Of a stretch of 32,000 nucleotides of DNA, positions 10,355-18,105 are shown in pieces. The stretch comes from Fastidiosibacter lacustris. Lineage in GTDB: Bacteria; Pseudomonadota; Gammaproteobacteria; Francisellales; Francisellaceae. The position numbers were made by a program, and so were the translations under genes. Numbering within the stretch: position 1 is the first letter of the stretch; every line of letters starts with the position of its first letter. The notes beneath the pieces were generated by a model. The model ran no database searches. It saw only the letters and a list, made by a program, of their open reading frames with translations, and was not told the origin of the DNA. The stretch is taken from NCBI RefSeq assembly GCF_003428155.1, contig NZ_QLIR01000009.1:49042-81041 (forward strand), written 5' to 3'.

Positions 10355-10666
10355 CTAGGCATTAATAAGTACTTTACGCTTAACACCCCAGCATCGACTT
10401 AACACGTTATATTTATTTATGCTTTTTTGTTTAAACATCTTCATGAAGTTGTCACGTTTAACACTTTTTTCAGCTATCCCAGACTTAAGCTTAATATTAA
10501 AGCGGTTCGCCCATTTACGAATTGTTCCATGCTTAAAACCCAACATTTTTTCAGCTTCTTGATAGGTCATCCCTTCGACAGCACAACGCTGTAAAACTTC
10601 CTCTGCACTACAGCCATATTTTTGTTGAATAATGTGTTCAAAACTTCCAGTGTATTGATTCGCCAT
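10355..10666 (-). CDS. Small (103 aa) helix-turn-helix protein of unknown function
   Basis: Intact ORF with an HTH-like segment (MTYQEAEKMLGFKHGTIRKWANRF) and a basic C-terminus. It is flanked by 258 bp and 93 bp of non-coding DNA. I do not recognise the family. Confidence 0.5.
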   Translation of the reverse strand: MANQYTGSFEHIIQQKYGCSAEEVLQRCAVEGMTYQEAEKMLGFKHGTIRKWANRFNIKLKSGIAEKSVKRDNFMKMFKQKSINKYNVLSRCWGVKRKVLINA

Positions 10667-10759
10667 GACATATTCCTCTTTCGTCTAAGTTTATAAATTC
10701 TTAACGTGATGCGCATTCTAAAAATGCAAACTTAAGACAAGCTTAAGATAAACATAGTT

Positions 10760-11035
10760 TTAACTTTCTTCTCCAAAACGATCTTGAATGAGCGTTCGAA
10801 TACTATCTAGTGCTTCTTGTGCATCTTCTCCTTCAGCACTTATTATAATTGATGTACCGCATGATGCTCCTAACATCATCAAGCCCATTATACTCTTACA
10901 ATTTACTTTTACACCTGTTTTAACAACTTCCATATAAACGTCACTGCTGAATCTAAGTGCCAAATTTACAAGTTTAGAAGCAGCACGCGCATGCAAACCA
11001 AGTTGATTAATAATCACTAACTCAACTTCTTTCAT
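10760..11035 (-). CDS. HPr/NPr-type phosphocarrier protein
   Basis: 91 aa with His15 in its usual context (NQLGLHARAASKL) and Ser46 in its usual context (NCKSIMGLMMLG). It overlaps the upstream EIIA gene by 4 nt. Confidence 0.85.
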   Translation of the reverse strand: MKEVELVIINQLGLHARAASKLVNLALRFSSDVYMEVVKTGVKVNCKSIMGLMMLGASCGTSIIISAEGEDAQEALDSIRTLIQDRFGEES

Positions 11036-11433
11036 ATTTTTCTTTTACCTTCTTCAAGTACAATACAAGCTTTAGACGCATCATAAACTCTTTGTGCCAA
11101 ATCATCCAATGCAATCTCTTGCTTATGATAAGTTAAGGCTTTTAATAACATAGGCATATTCAACCCTGTAATAACAGATAAGTTATAAGCACACATGAAA
11201 GATTGTGTTACATTCGTTGGAGTCGCACCAAAAAGATCGGTTAGTACCAAAAAACCATTTGCTTCTGGCATACTCTTAAAAGATTCTTCCACACGCTCCA
11301 ATAATTCAGGTTGATCAAACGAACAAGATGAAACAACCTGCACATATCCTTGTTGAATTTGCACCAAACGTGTTGCAACATCAAGCATCGCCTTACCGAT
11401 ACTGCCGTGGGTAATCAGTACAATACCAATCAT
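11032..11433 (-). CDS. PTS EIIA component, mannose/fructose family
   Basis: 133 aa. The N-terminus (MIGIVLITHGSIGKAM) carries the phosphorylatable His of EIIA-Man. It has a 4-nt ATGA overlap with rapZ. Confidence 0.8.
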   Translation of the reverse strand: MIGIVLITHGSIGKAMLDVATRLVQIQQGYVQVVSSCSFDQPELLERVEESFKSMPEANGFLVLTDLFGATPTNVTQSFMCAYNLSVITGLNMPMLLKALTYHKQEIALDDLAQRVYDASKACIVLEEGKRKI

Positions 11434-12311
11434 TTGTCTAATTCCCTATGCCAAATAAGTAAGTCTTCAAAACTTGTGCTTAATTTTTTATACAATGCTT
11501 CTGCAACATAAACAGAACGATGCTGTCCTCCTGTGCAACCAATGCCTATATCAATATAGCTTTTACCCTGCTTTTGTTGTAAGCCACACCATTTTGTTAT
11601 AAAGAGACTAATATCTCTAATCATTTCATGTACTAGTGGTTGAGATTCTAGGTATTTGATAACCTCTTGATCCTTTCCTGTCAATAAACGTAACTTCTTA
11701 TTCCAATAAGGATTAATTAAGCTTCTAACATCAAATAGGTAATCTGCCTTTTGTGGCATGCCGTGTTTAAAACCAAATGAAAACAACTTTATTTGTGTAA
11801 TTGGTTCTCCTTGGTTAAGTAGTTTTTTTTGCAACAACTCCCGTAGCTGTTGTTGCGATAAACTCGTTGTATCCAAGGTATAATCAGAAGCGTAAGCATA
11901 CGACTCTAATGCGCTTAACTCTAAATCTATTGCTTTTTCCAGTGTCATCCCTTGCACCGAAAAAGGATGACGGCGACGCGTTTCATCATAACGCTTAATC
12001 AATACATTACGATCTGCCGTAATATACCAGCATGCCAAATTAAAATGATATTTTTTCTTTAAATCATCAACTATAAAAATCTCTGATTCTAAAAATGAAT
12101 GTGGTGCTAATGATATAACAATATTTTTATTATATTGCTCGGTATTAAGAAGATGGAAAAGTGTCTGATCTAATAAAAAATAAGGTAGGTTTTCAATACA
12201 AAAAAAACCCTGATCCTCTAAAATACTTAATACTGTTGATTTACCAGCACCAGAAACGCCAGCTAAAAGCACAACCGACTTAGGTGTACTACTCACGCAA
12301 TTTATAACCAT
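11430..12311 (-). CDS. rapZ: RNase adapter protein RapZ (YhbJ)
   Basis: 293 aa with Walker A (LLAGVSGAGKST) and the C-terminal RapZ motif IGCTGGQHRSV. Confidence 0.9.
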   Translation of the reverse strand: MVINCVSSTPKSVVLLAGVSGAGKSTVLSILEDQGFFCIENLPYFLLDQTLFHLLNTEQYNKNIVISLAPHSFLESEIFIVDDLKKKYHFNLACWYITADRNVLIKRYDETRRRHPFSVQGMTLEKAIDLELSALESYAYASDYTLDTTSLSQQQLRELLQKKLLNQGEPITQIKLFSFGFKHGMPQKADYLFDVRSLINPYWNKKLRLLTGKDQEVIKYLESQPLVHEMIRDISLFITKWCGLQQKQGKSYIDIGIGCTGGQHRSVYVAEALYKKLSTSFEDLLIWHRELDK

Positions 12312-12354
12312 TGTTCTTATTTTTAATCTCGTCAGTTTAGCAAATCTTTTATCT

Positions 12355-12780
12355 CTACCCTAATAAATTTTGCAATTCTTGGTAACACATCTGCCAACTT
12401 TTTTTATATACATCAATATCAATGACATCACACGCCAATAAATTGGCGCGTTTTATGTAGGTCTCTAGTTGCTGCTTTTCATATAAATATACTACATGTG
12501 TGATATATGCTGATGCTTGAGTTTGTTTGACTATACAAAATCCTTTATCATGAATGTGAAGTTTCCCCTGATAAGCCCTATTATATAAAGAACCAAGCCA
12601 GATTGTCTCTATTTTTTCCACTACAACCAAATCGTCTGCTACTAATGAAAAACCATAATTTGTAACCAAATAATGACTAAAACTAGATTTACCGATATTA
12701 GACTCGCCAATAATCAGCAAACCAAGTTTATTCATATTTGCAACTAAATTTGCATGCCAGTACTCAAGTTTTTTGTTCAT
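12355..12780 (-). CDS. hprK: Short HPr kinase/phosphorylase-like protein (C-terminal kinase domain only)
   Basis: From ATG 12780: MNKKLEYWHANLVANMNKLGLLIIGESNIGKSSFSHYLVTNYGFSLVADDLVVV... This follows the pattern H-A-x-x-V...G-x-L-(I/L)-x-G-x-S-x-x-GKS...LVADD of the HprK catalytic domain as I recall it from short alphaproteobacterial forms. The ORF-track start at 12843 would overlap ptsN by 80 nt. Confidence 0.6.
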   Translation of the reverse strand: MNKKLEYWHANLVANMNKLGLLIIGESNIGKSSFSHYLVTNYGFSLVADDLVVVEKIETIWLGSLYNRAYQGKLHIHDKGFCIVKQTQASAYITHVVYLYEKQQLETYIKRANLLACDVIDIDVYKKSWQMCYQELQNLLG

Positions 12781-13225
12781 CTTTAAAAAATATTTGATAA
12801 AGCTCTTCATTCGAGCTTGCTGCGTGAATACTATCAAGCACACCTGGAGACTTTAAAAATTTAACGAGTTCAGCTATAAATTGAATATGTACATCACTTA
12901 CATTTTTAGGGAAAATCACTGCAATGAAGACACCTACTTTTTGTTCAGCTGTGTCATACTCAATTGATTCGTTTAATGTTAGTACGGCCAAACGGGTTAT
13001 CGTCAAGCCATCAACTCGACAATGCGGAACCACCACACCTTTCCCAATTGCAGTACTGCCAATGCGCTCACGTTCAAACAGTTTTTGATAAAGTAAGTCT
13101 GAACTGATATTTAGTTCTTCATCTTGTAACAATTGGCTTAAAACTTCAAAAATACGTTTTTGGCTTTGTAAACTTGCTTTATTGATTATGCGTGAAGGAG
13201 AAATAAAGGCAGATAAAAAATTCAT
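12764..13225 (-). CDS. ptsN: Nitrogen-regulatory PTS EIIA (EIIA-Ntr)
   Basis: 153 aa with a PTS EIIA type-2 fold pattern and the phospho-His context GKGVVVPHCRVDG. It sits directly after hpf, as in the canonical operon. Confidence 0.85.
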   Translation of the reverse strand: MNFLSAFISPSRIINKASLQSQKRIFEVLSQLLQDEELNISSDLLYQKLFERERIGSTAIGKGVVVPHCRVDGLTITRLAVLTLNESIEYDTAEQKVGVFIAVIFPKNVSDVHIQFIAELVKFLKSPGVLDSIHAASSNEELYQIFFKDEQKT

Positions 13226-13264
13226 ATATTTTGAGTTTATTTATTATAAAGAGTCAGTATTCTA

Positions 13265-13621
13265 TCAGCGTTCTTCATCAACATCTACTGCTTCGTTAGA
13301 CTCTATTAAAGCTTCAGCTTCTGGACGCTCAGCACGATGCTCTTTTAATTTTTGCTTATGCTTTCTGACTTGTGCATCTAGTTTATCTTGTAACATATCA
13401 ACAGTTGCATACATATCCTGTGAATCCGACTTCGCCACAAACTCATTCCCTGGCACATTAATTACAGCTTCTGCCATCTGCTTACCTTTCTCAACTGAAA
13501 GAATCACTCTTACTGCAATAATATTATCAAAATGATTATTTAGCTTACTTAGCTTGTCCTCTACATATCGTTTTAAAGATGGGGTAATTTCTAAATGACG
13601 ACCAGTAATTTGAATTTGCAT
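13265..13621 (-). CDS. hpf: Ribosome hibernation promoting factor / sigma54 modulation protein family
   Basis: MQIQITGRHLEITPSLKRYVEDKLSKL is the classic HPF/YfiA N-terminus. The start is set at ATG 13621, with GGAGG 9 nt upstream. The C-terminal tail is acidic. Confidence 0.9.
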   Translation of the reverse strand: MQIQITGRHLEITPSLKRYVEDKLSKLNNHFDNIIAVRVILSVEKGKQMAEAVINVPGNEFVAKSDSQDMYATVDMLQDKLDAQVRKHKQKLKEHRAERPEAEALIESNEAVDVDEER

Positions 13622-13786
13622 AGTGCAGTCCTCCATTATGTAGCCACTTTCTCGTGGGGTTGTAAAATTCTAGTACTTAAAAGATAGCCCTTATTTGCGA
13701 TAATTACCAGCAAGTTCAGCACAAAATTACTGATTATTTCTTTAGTGGCATTCCTTTATTTTTTTGAACATCAAGATCCTTTATTT

Positions 13787-14134
13787 TTACTCCTTATTTT
13801 GATTTATTCTAAAATAATCATCACCTTGTTGTGCTACTTCTTTAGTGTTTTCCCAACATTCAGCAGTAACATCTTTTACTTTCTGCCAAGTTTTTTGTGT
13901 ATACTCTCCTGTTTGATTTAGGACATCCTTTGTGACTTGCTTCCCTGAATGAACTACATCCAAAACATCCTGTTTAAACAATTCCCAATTGCTATTAAAC
14001 TCACAATGACTTGTTTGCGCAGAACAACTGTGTACAACTTTTGTTTCTTGCTGTTGTTTATCTTTTTTATCATTAGTAAAACCAATATTGGATAACAACA
14101 CACTAGCCCACAAAAGAACAATTATTTTTTTCAT
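13787..14134 (-). CDS. Small secreted protein of unknown function (115 aa)
   Basis: Has a signal-peptide-like N-terminus (MKKIIVLLWASVLLSNIGF). The mature part is hydrophilic with 3 Cys and loosely repeated TKDV/VKDV/TKEV motifs. I do not recognise the family. Confidence 0.55.
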   Translation of the reverse strand: MKKIIVLLWASVLLSNIGFTNDKKDKQQQETKVVHSCSAQTSHCEFNSNWELFKQDVLDVVHSGKQVTKDVLNQTGEYTQKTWQKVKDVTAECWENTKEVAQQGDDYFRINQNKE

Positions 14135-14360
14135 AATTCACACATATTGTATTTTAAGGAAACCAAAATAAATAAACTCGTTGCCTATACTAACGAAAAA
14201 TCTTTTATACAGCAATAATCTCTCTACCGACAACACAAGATGTTTAATGTGGAAATATTGATAAATGTGCAAACGATATACTCCACTTTAAACAATATTG
14301 ATCACTCTGAAACCACTCTTGATTTTTTTCTTTATTTTCCATTTTATTCCTATTTTGTCG

Positions 14361-14389
14361 TTGACAGCAAGTCAACAAAGCTCTATTAT
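14361..14389 (+). promoter_or_regulatory. Sigma70 promoter of the tRNA-Arg/tRNA-Gly operon
   Basis: TTGACA (14361-14366), an exact 17-bp spacer, then TATTAT (14384-14389). A long T/A-rich UP-like tract lies upstream. The promoter is about 35 bp before the tRNA 5' end. Confidence 0.75.
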
Positions 14390-14396
14390 TCACTTC

Positions 14397-14417
14397 GTTT
14401 TCAAGGTCCTTGAAAAC
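14397..14417 (+). promoter_or_regulatory. Perfect 10+10 inverted repeat in the tRNA operon leader
   Basis: GTTTTCAAGG-t-CCTTGAAAAC is read directly. It lies between the predicted transcription start and the mature tRNA-Arg 5' end. Its function (leader hairpin or operator) is not established. Confidence 0.3.
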
Positions 14418-14424
14418 ACTCTAC

Positions 14425-14501
14425 GCACCCGTAGCTCAGTTGGATAGAGTACCTGGCTACGAACCAGGCGGTCGGAGGTTCGAATCCTTCCGGGTGCGCC
14501 A
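14425..14501 (+). tRNA. tRNA-Arg (anticodon ACG)
   Basis: Hand-folded cloverleaf: acceptor GCACCCG/CGGGTGC, anticodon stem CCTGG/CCAGG with loop CTACGAA, T-arm GGAGG-TTCGAAT-CCTTC, encoded CCA. It closely resembles E. coli tRNA-Arg(ACG). Confidence 0.95.
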
Positions 14502-14508
14502 TTTTCAA

Positions 14509-14583
14509 GCGGGAATAGCTCAGTGGTAGAGCACAACCTTGCCAAGGTTGGGGTCGCGAGTTCGAACCTCGTTTCCCGCTCCA
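14509..14583 (+). tRNA. tRNA-Gly (anticodon GCC)
   Basis: Hand-folded cloverleaf: acceptor GCGGGAA/TTCCCGC, anticodon stem CAACC/GGTTG with loop TTGCCAA, T-arm GCGAG-TTCGAAC-CTCGT, encoded CCA. It lies 7 nt after tRNA-Arg. Confidence 0.95.
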
Positions 14584-14840
14584 TTTTTAACATAATTCAA
14601 AAAATATACCTATCTATACAGCTCACTACTGATAGTGGGAAGTTTAAAAACTGGGATATCAAACAGAAGCTTAGACATGAATGTTTTATGACAAAAACCA
14701 CTGAGAACTTCTTTGTAAAGAATACCTCTAAAAATCATTCTCAATAAGCATTTTTAATTTCTGCCTACCTATAAGGCTTTTATAGACATATCATACAATC
14801 TATACTTTAATTGATAAAAACAATCAATAAAGTGTCACAT

Positions 14841-16202
14841 ATGAAAATAAAGTTCTTAGGAGCAGCCAAAACCGTAACAGGATCTAAATACTTAGTAACA
14901 GTTGATACTAATCGCTATTTGATCGACTGTGGATTATTTCAAGGTAACCATGATCTACGAAGAAGAAACTGGAATCCTTTACCAGTAAATCCTAAAGAAA
15001 TTGATAGTGTTTTATTAACTCATGCTCATATTGATCACTCGGGATATTTGCCATTGTTGGTCAAAAATGGCTTTAAAGGAAAAATATATGCAACAGAAGC
15101 AAGCTACGAGCTGTGCAAAATTTTATTGCCTGATAGTGCACATTTACAAGAAGAAGAAGCTACTTTTGCTAATAAATATCACTTATCAAAACATTCTCCA
15201 GCCTTACCTCTTTACAACGTTGTAGAAGCATATAAGACACTTAACCATTTTAAAGTGATACCGTTTGCACAGGATATTGTCTTAAACAAACATGTACACG
15301 TTACTTGGCATCCTGCTGGTCATATTTTAGGTGCAGCATTTCTAGAGTTACGACTGCATGGTCAAAGAATTATATTTAGTGGTGATTTAGGACGTGATAA
15401 TGATCCTATAATGTACCCACCAAAATTACCACCAAATAATATTGACTATCTTATTATTGAATCAACTTATGGTAATCGTGAGCATAAAAAAATTGATCCT
15501 CAAACAGAATTAAGCAAGATTATTAATGATACTATAGCTAATGAAGGTGTAATCGTGATTCCTGCTTTTGCAGTTGGGCGAATACAAAGCGTGCTCTATT
15601 ATTTGTATATGTTAAAAAACAGTAAACAAATCCCTGATATACCTATTTACCTTGATAGCCCAATGGGTATTTACTCTACCAATCTTTTGTGTCACTTTAC
15701 ACATGAACATAGATTAAGCCCTGATATATGCCAAAATATTGCTAATATGGTTATCTACACACCAACCCCGGATGAATCAAAGGAAATAAATCGCAGTAAA
15801 GGGTCTAAAATCATTATTTCAGCTGGCGGAATGGTCAACGGAGGTCGAGTATTACATCATATAAAATACTATGCCCCCGATGCTAAAAATGCCATTTTAC
15901 TAACCGGTTTCCAAGCTCCTGGTACACGTGGACAAATCATTGAATCTGGTCATGGTAACACTAAAATTTTTAACGAAGTTATCCCAGTACGTGCTAAAAT
16001 TCACAGTATTTCTAACATGTCTGCACACGTCGATTATATAGAAATGTTGCACTGGTTGAGTCACACTAATCAGGCACCTAAAAAGACTTTCATCACACAT
16101 GGTGAAAGTTTTGCAGCAGAAGCACTTAAACGAACAATTGAATCCAAACTTAACTGGAACTGTATCATTCCTGATTACTTAGATGAATATGAAATAAAGT
16201 AA
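14841..16202 (+). CDS. MBL-fold, beta-CASP family hydrolase (RNA-metabolising metallo-beta-lactamase type)
   Basis: The MKIKFLGAAKTVTGSKYLV start is typical of the family. HxHxDH motif present (LLTHAHIDHSGY) and a C-terminal beta-CASP His motif (SNMSAHVDY). The start is set at ATG 14841 rather than the TTG at 14811. Confidence 0.85.
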   Translation: MKIKFLGAAKTVTGSKYLVTVDTNRYLIDCGLFQGNHDLRRRNWNPLPVNPKEIDSVLLTHAHIDHSGYLPLLVKNGFKGKIYATEASYELCKILLPDSAHLQEEEATFANKYHLSKHSPALPLYNVVEAYKTLNHFKVIPFAQDIVLNKHVHVTWHPAGHILGAAFLELRLHGQRIIFSGDLGRDNDPIMYPPKLPPNNIDYLIIESTYGNREHKKIDPQTELSKIINDTIANEGVIVIPAFAVGRIQSVLYYLYMLKNSKQIPDIPIYLDSPMGIYSTNLLCHFTHEHRLSPDICQNIANMVIYTPTPDESKEINRSKGSKIIISAGGMVNGGRVLHHIKYYAPDAKNAILLTGFQAPGTRGQIIESGHGNTKIFNEVIPVRAKIHSISNMSAHVDYIEMLHWLSHTNQAPKKTFITHGESFAAEALKRTIESKLNWNCIIPDYLDEYEIK

Positions 16203-16324
16203 TATCCACATACTAATGCTCGATTCCTTACATCACTCCTAATAAAACTAGTTAAATAACAATCAAAAGACATATCAATTACTATATTTGATTATCGATC
16301 ATGACGCATTTAAGGAATGAAACA

Positions 16325-17209
16325 CTAACACCTTATTTTTCCGCACCAAAACCGAATAAGTGGTTCAATCGTAATTGACAGCAAAATAAGTACACACGCC
16401 AATATCATATTCAAAGTAATATGATCATTCATAATAATCACCCCTAAGATACTGCCAAACAATGGAACAAGATAGTTTGACAAAGAACAAAAACCTACAC
16501 CTGCTCGCTTGATTAGACTAACATACAACACATAAACAATCCCAGAACAAAAAATACCTAACAACAATGAAGCAATAAATGGGTAAAATGAAAAACTCAA
16601 TTGATTAAGGGAACCATTGCCTAAGTTGATCGCAAACATGATTATCGTGCCGATAAAAAACGCATCTCTTGAAAGTAAAAAGGAATCTTCATGTGACAGA
16701 CTCCTAATGATGATAAGTGCACTAGCAAAAGATAAAGCACCCACTAAAATTGCAAGCTCAGGCAATATTGCTAAAGACATACCATATTTGATTAAATCCG
16801 GAATAAATAATACTATAAGACCTATAAACCCAACCATCATGGCTATGAATTTAGTCGCCGTTGCACGCTCGATTCCTGTGAGGAGGATCAAGATAATCGT
16901 AAAAAATGGAATTGTTCCCATTAAAATAGACGCCATACTTCCAGAAACAAACTGTTGTCCCCACATTACTAAGGTAAAAGGAATAACGATTTCCAGCACA
17001 CCAATCACAATCACCTTAAGCCAAACTATCATGGATCGAGTATGACGTTTTCGTTTTGTCAGCACACAAAAAACAATTAAAAATAAGGCAGCATAGAGTG
17101 TTCTAAACAATGCCAACTGTTCGGGAGTATAAATTGATAAAGAAAAATCAATTAGTACAAATTGTGCCCCCCAAATTAACCCAATAAAGAATAAGAGTAG
17201 ATAATTCAT
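16325..17209 (-). CDS. EamA/DMT-family inner-membrane transporter
   Basis: 294 aa with about 10 hydrophobic helices in a two-repeat DMT architecture. It lies 21 nt downstream of greA on the same strand. Confidence 0.8.
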   Translation of the reverse strand: MNYLLLFFIGLIWGAQFVLIDFSLSIYTPEQLALFRTLYAALFLIVFCVLTKRKRHTRSMIVWLKVIVIGVLEIVIPFTLVMWGQQFVSGSMASILMGTIPFFTIILILLTGIERATATKFIAMMVGFIGLIVLFIPDLIKYGMSLAILPELAILVGALSFASALIIIRSLSHEDSFLLSRDAFFIGTIIMFAINLGNGSLNQLSFSFYPFIASLLLGIFCSGIVYVLYVSLIKRAGVGFCSLSNYLVPLFGSILGVIIMNDHITLNMILACVLILLSITIEPLIRFWCGKIRC

Positions 17210-17230
17210 AATTTTTAAAAGCTTTGACGA

Positions 17231-17710
17231 TTAGCGGTACTCAACAGCAAGGATTTCGTACTCAACCATGCCAGCTGGAGTTGTCACGTTTGCCTCATCA
17301 CCTTCTACCTTACCAATAAGTGCCCTGGCAAGTGGCGAACTAAAGGAAATTTTATTTTGTCTGATGTCTGCTTCGTCTTCGCCAACAATTTGATAAGTGG
17401 TTTCTACATCATTTTCAAGATTTAATAAGGTTACCGTAGCACCAAATATCACTTTACCTGTATTATTCATCTTCAAAACATCAATCACTTGGGCATTACT
17501 GAGCTTAGCTTCTAATTCTTGAATTCGCCCCTCAATAAAGCTTTGTTGTTCCCGTGCAGCATGGTACTCGGCATTTTCTTTCAAATCACCATGCTCACGT
17601 GCCTCAGCAATTGCTGCAATTACATTTGGCCTTTGCACACCTTTTAAATTTTGTAGTTCAAGTTTCAAAGCGGCTTCGCCATTTACTGTCATTGGAATTC
17701 TTTTAGACAT
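17231..17710 (-). CDS. greA: Transcription elongation factor GreA
   Basis: 159 aa. [23 protein letters not shown]...[16 protein letters not shown] is the GreA coiled-coil signature. Confidence 0.95.
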   Translation of the reverse strand: MSKRIPMTVNGEAALKLELQNLKGVQRPNVIAAIAEAREHGDLKENAEYHAAREQQSFIEGRIQELEAKLSNAQVIDVLKMNNTGKVIFGATVTLLNLENDVETTYQIVGEDEADIRQNKISFSSPLARALIGKVEGDEANVTTPAGMVEYEILAVEYR

Positions 17711-17842
17711 TACGCTTCCTTATACTTAATTTTAATTGTCATAACGCTACTTAATATCTATCACAACCTATTTTTAAACTTTCTCATCTTGCCAGTATAC
17801 ACTTTACACTTCCATGACCACAAAAGTTGGTCGTTATTGCAA

Positions 17843-17860
17843 ATGAAAGCGGACTTTCAT
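17843..17860. repeat. Perfect hairpin palindrome ATGAAAG-CGGA-CTTTCAT
   Basis: Read directly. It has a 7-bp stem and 4-nt loop, and is bracketed by two copies of TTGCAAATG (17837-17845 and 17871-17879). Confidence 0.6.
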
Positions 17861-17884
17861 AGGGAGTGGTTTGCAAATGGTATA

Positions 17885-17901
17885 TTACGAAAAGCAAAAT
17901 A
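17885..17901. repeat. 17-bp exact direct repeat, copy 1 (TTACGAAAAGCAAAATA)
   Basis: Read directly. An identical 17-mer recurs at 18089-18105 in the same intergenic region. Confidence 0.9.
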
Positions 17902-18088
17902 AAAACGCCCAATGTAAAACATCAGGCATTTATATTACTAGACCAACGATTATACCTAAGCTATGCTTTTTTGCAATTTTCTTTGCCTAGATACAACAAT
18001 TCTAATTTTGAATATATAAATATCTCGTATCTCATTTAGCTATGCATAACTTATTAGACAGACTTAAACATGATTCGTAAGAGATCTG

Positions 18089-18105
18089 TTACGAAAAGCA
18101 AAATA
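18089..18105. repeat. 17-bp exact direct repeat, copy 2 (TTACGAAAAGCAAAATA)
   Basis: Read directly. It lies 204 bp downstream of copy 1 and about 85 bp upstream of the preferred ligase ATG. Confidence 0.9.

Noticed and set aside
13182-13535. 117-aa ORF antisense to hpf and the ptsN start
   Set aside because: It is nested opposite two strongly supported genes. Its composition is low-complexity Ser/Cys-rich with no recognisable motifs.
13695-13709. Sigma54-like TGGTAATTATCGCAA on the minus strand upstream of hpf
   Set aside because: The GG-to-GC spacing is two nucleotides shorter than the TGGCAC-N5-TTGC consensus, so it is not a credible -24/-12 promoter.
14390-14747. ORF-track entries 14390-14593 (minus) and 14523-14747 (plus)
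   Set aside because: Both run through the tRNA-Arg and tRNA-Gly genes. Their translations are what structured tRNA sequence gives when read as protein. There is no RBS or coding logic.
16223-16318. 8-bp inverted repeat ATTCCTTA / TAAGGAAT between the convergent MBL and EamA genes, considered as a bidirectional terminator
   Set aside because: The arms are about 80 nt apart with no intervening structure or T-tracts. It is too weak and too far apart to call a terminator.
16617-17045. 142-aa ORF antisense to the EamA transporter gene
   Set aside because: It is fully nested, antisense, inside a well-supported membrane protein gene. Long antisense frames are expected opposite hydrophobic, AT-rich coding sequence, and it has no independent support.
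17885-18105. The idea that the 17-bp direct repeats are target-site duplications flanking a miniature mobile element
   Set aside because: The 187 bp between them has no terminal inverted repeats that I could find. A 17-bp duplication is longer than typical target-site duplications. A regulatory-repeat interpretation is more plausible.
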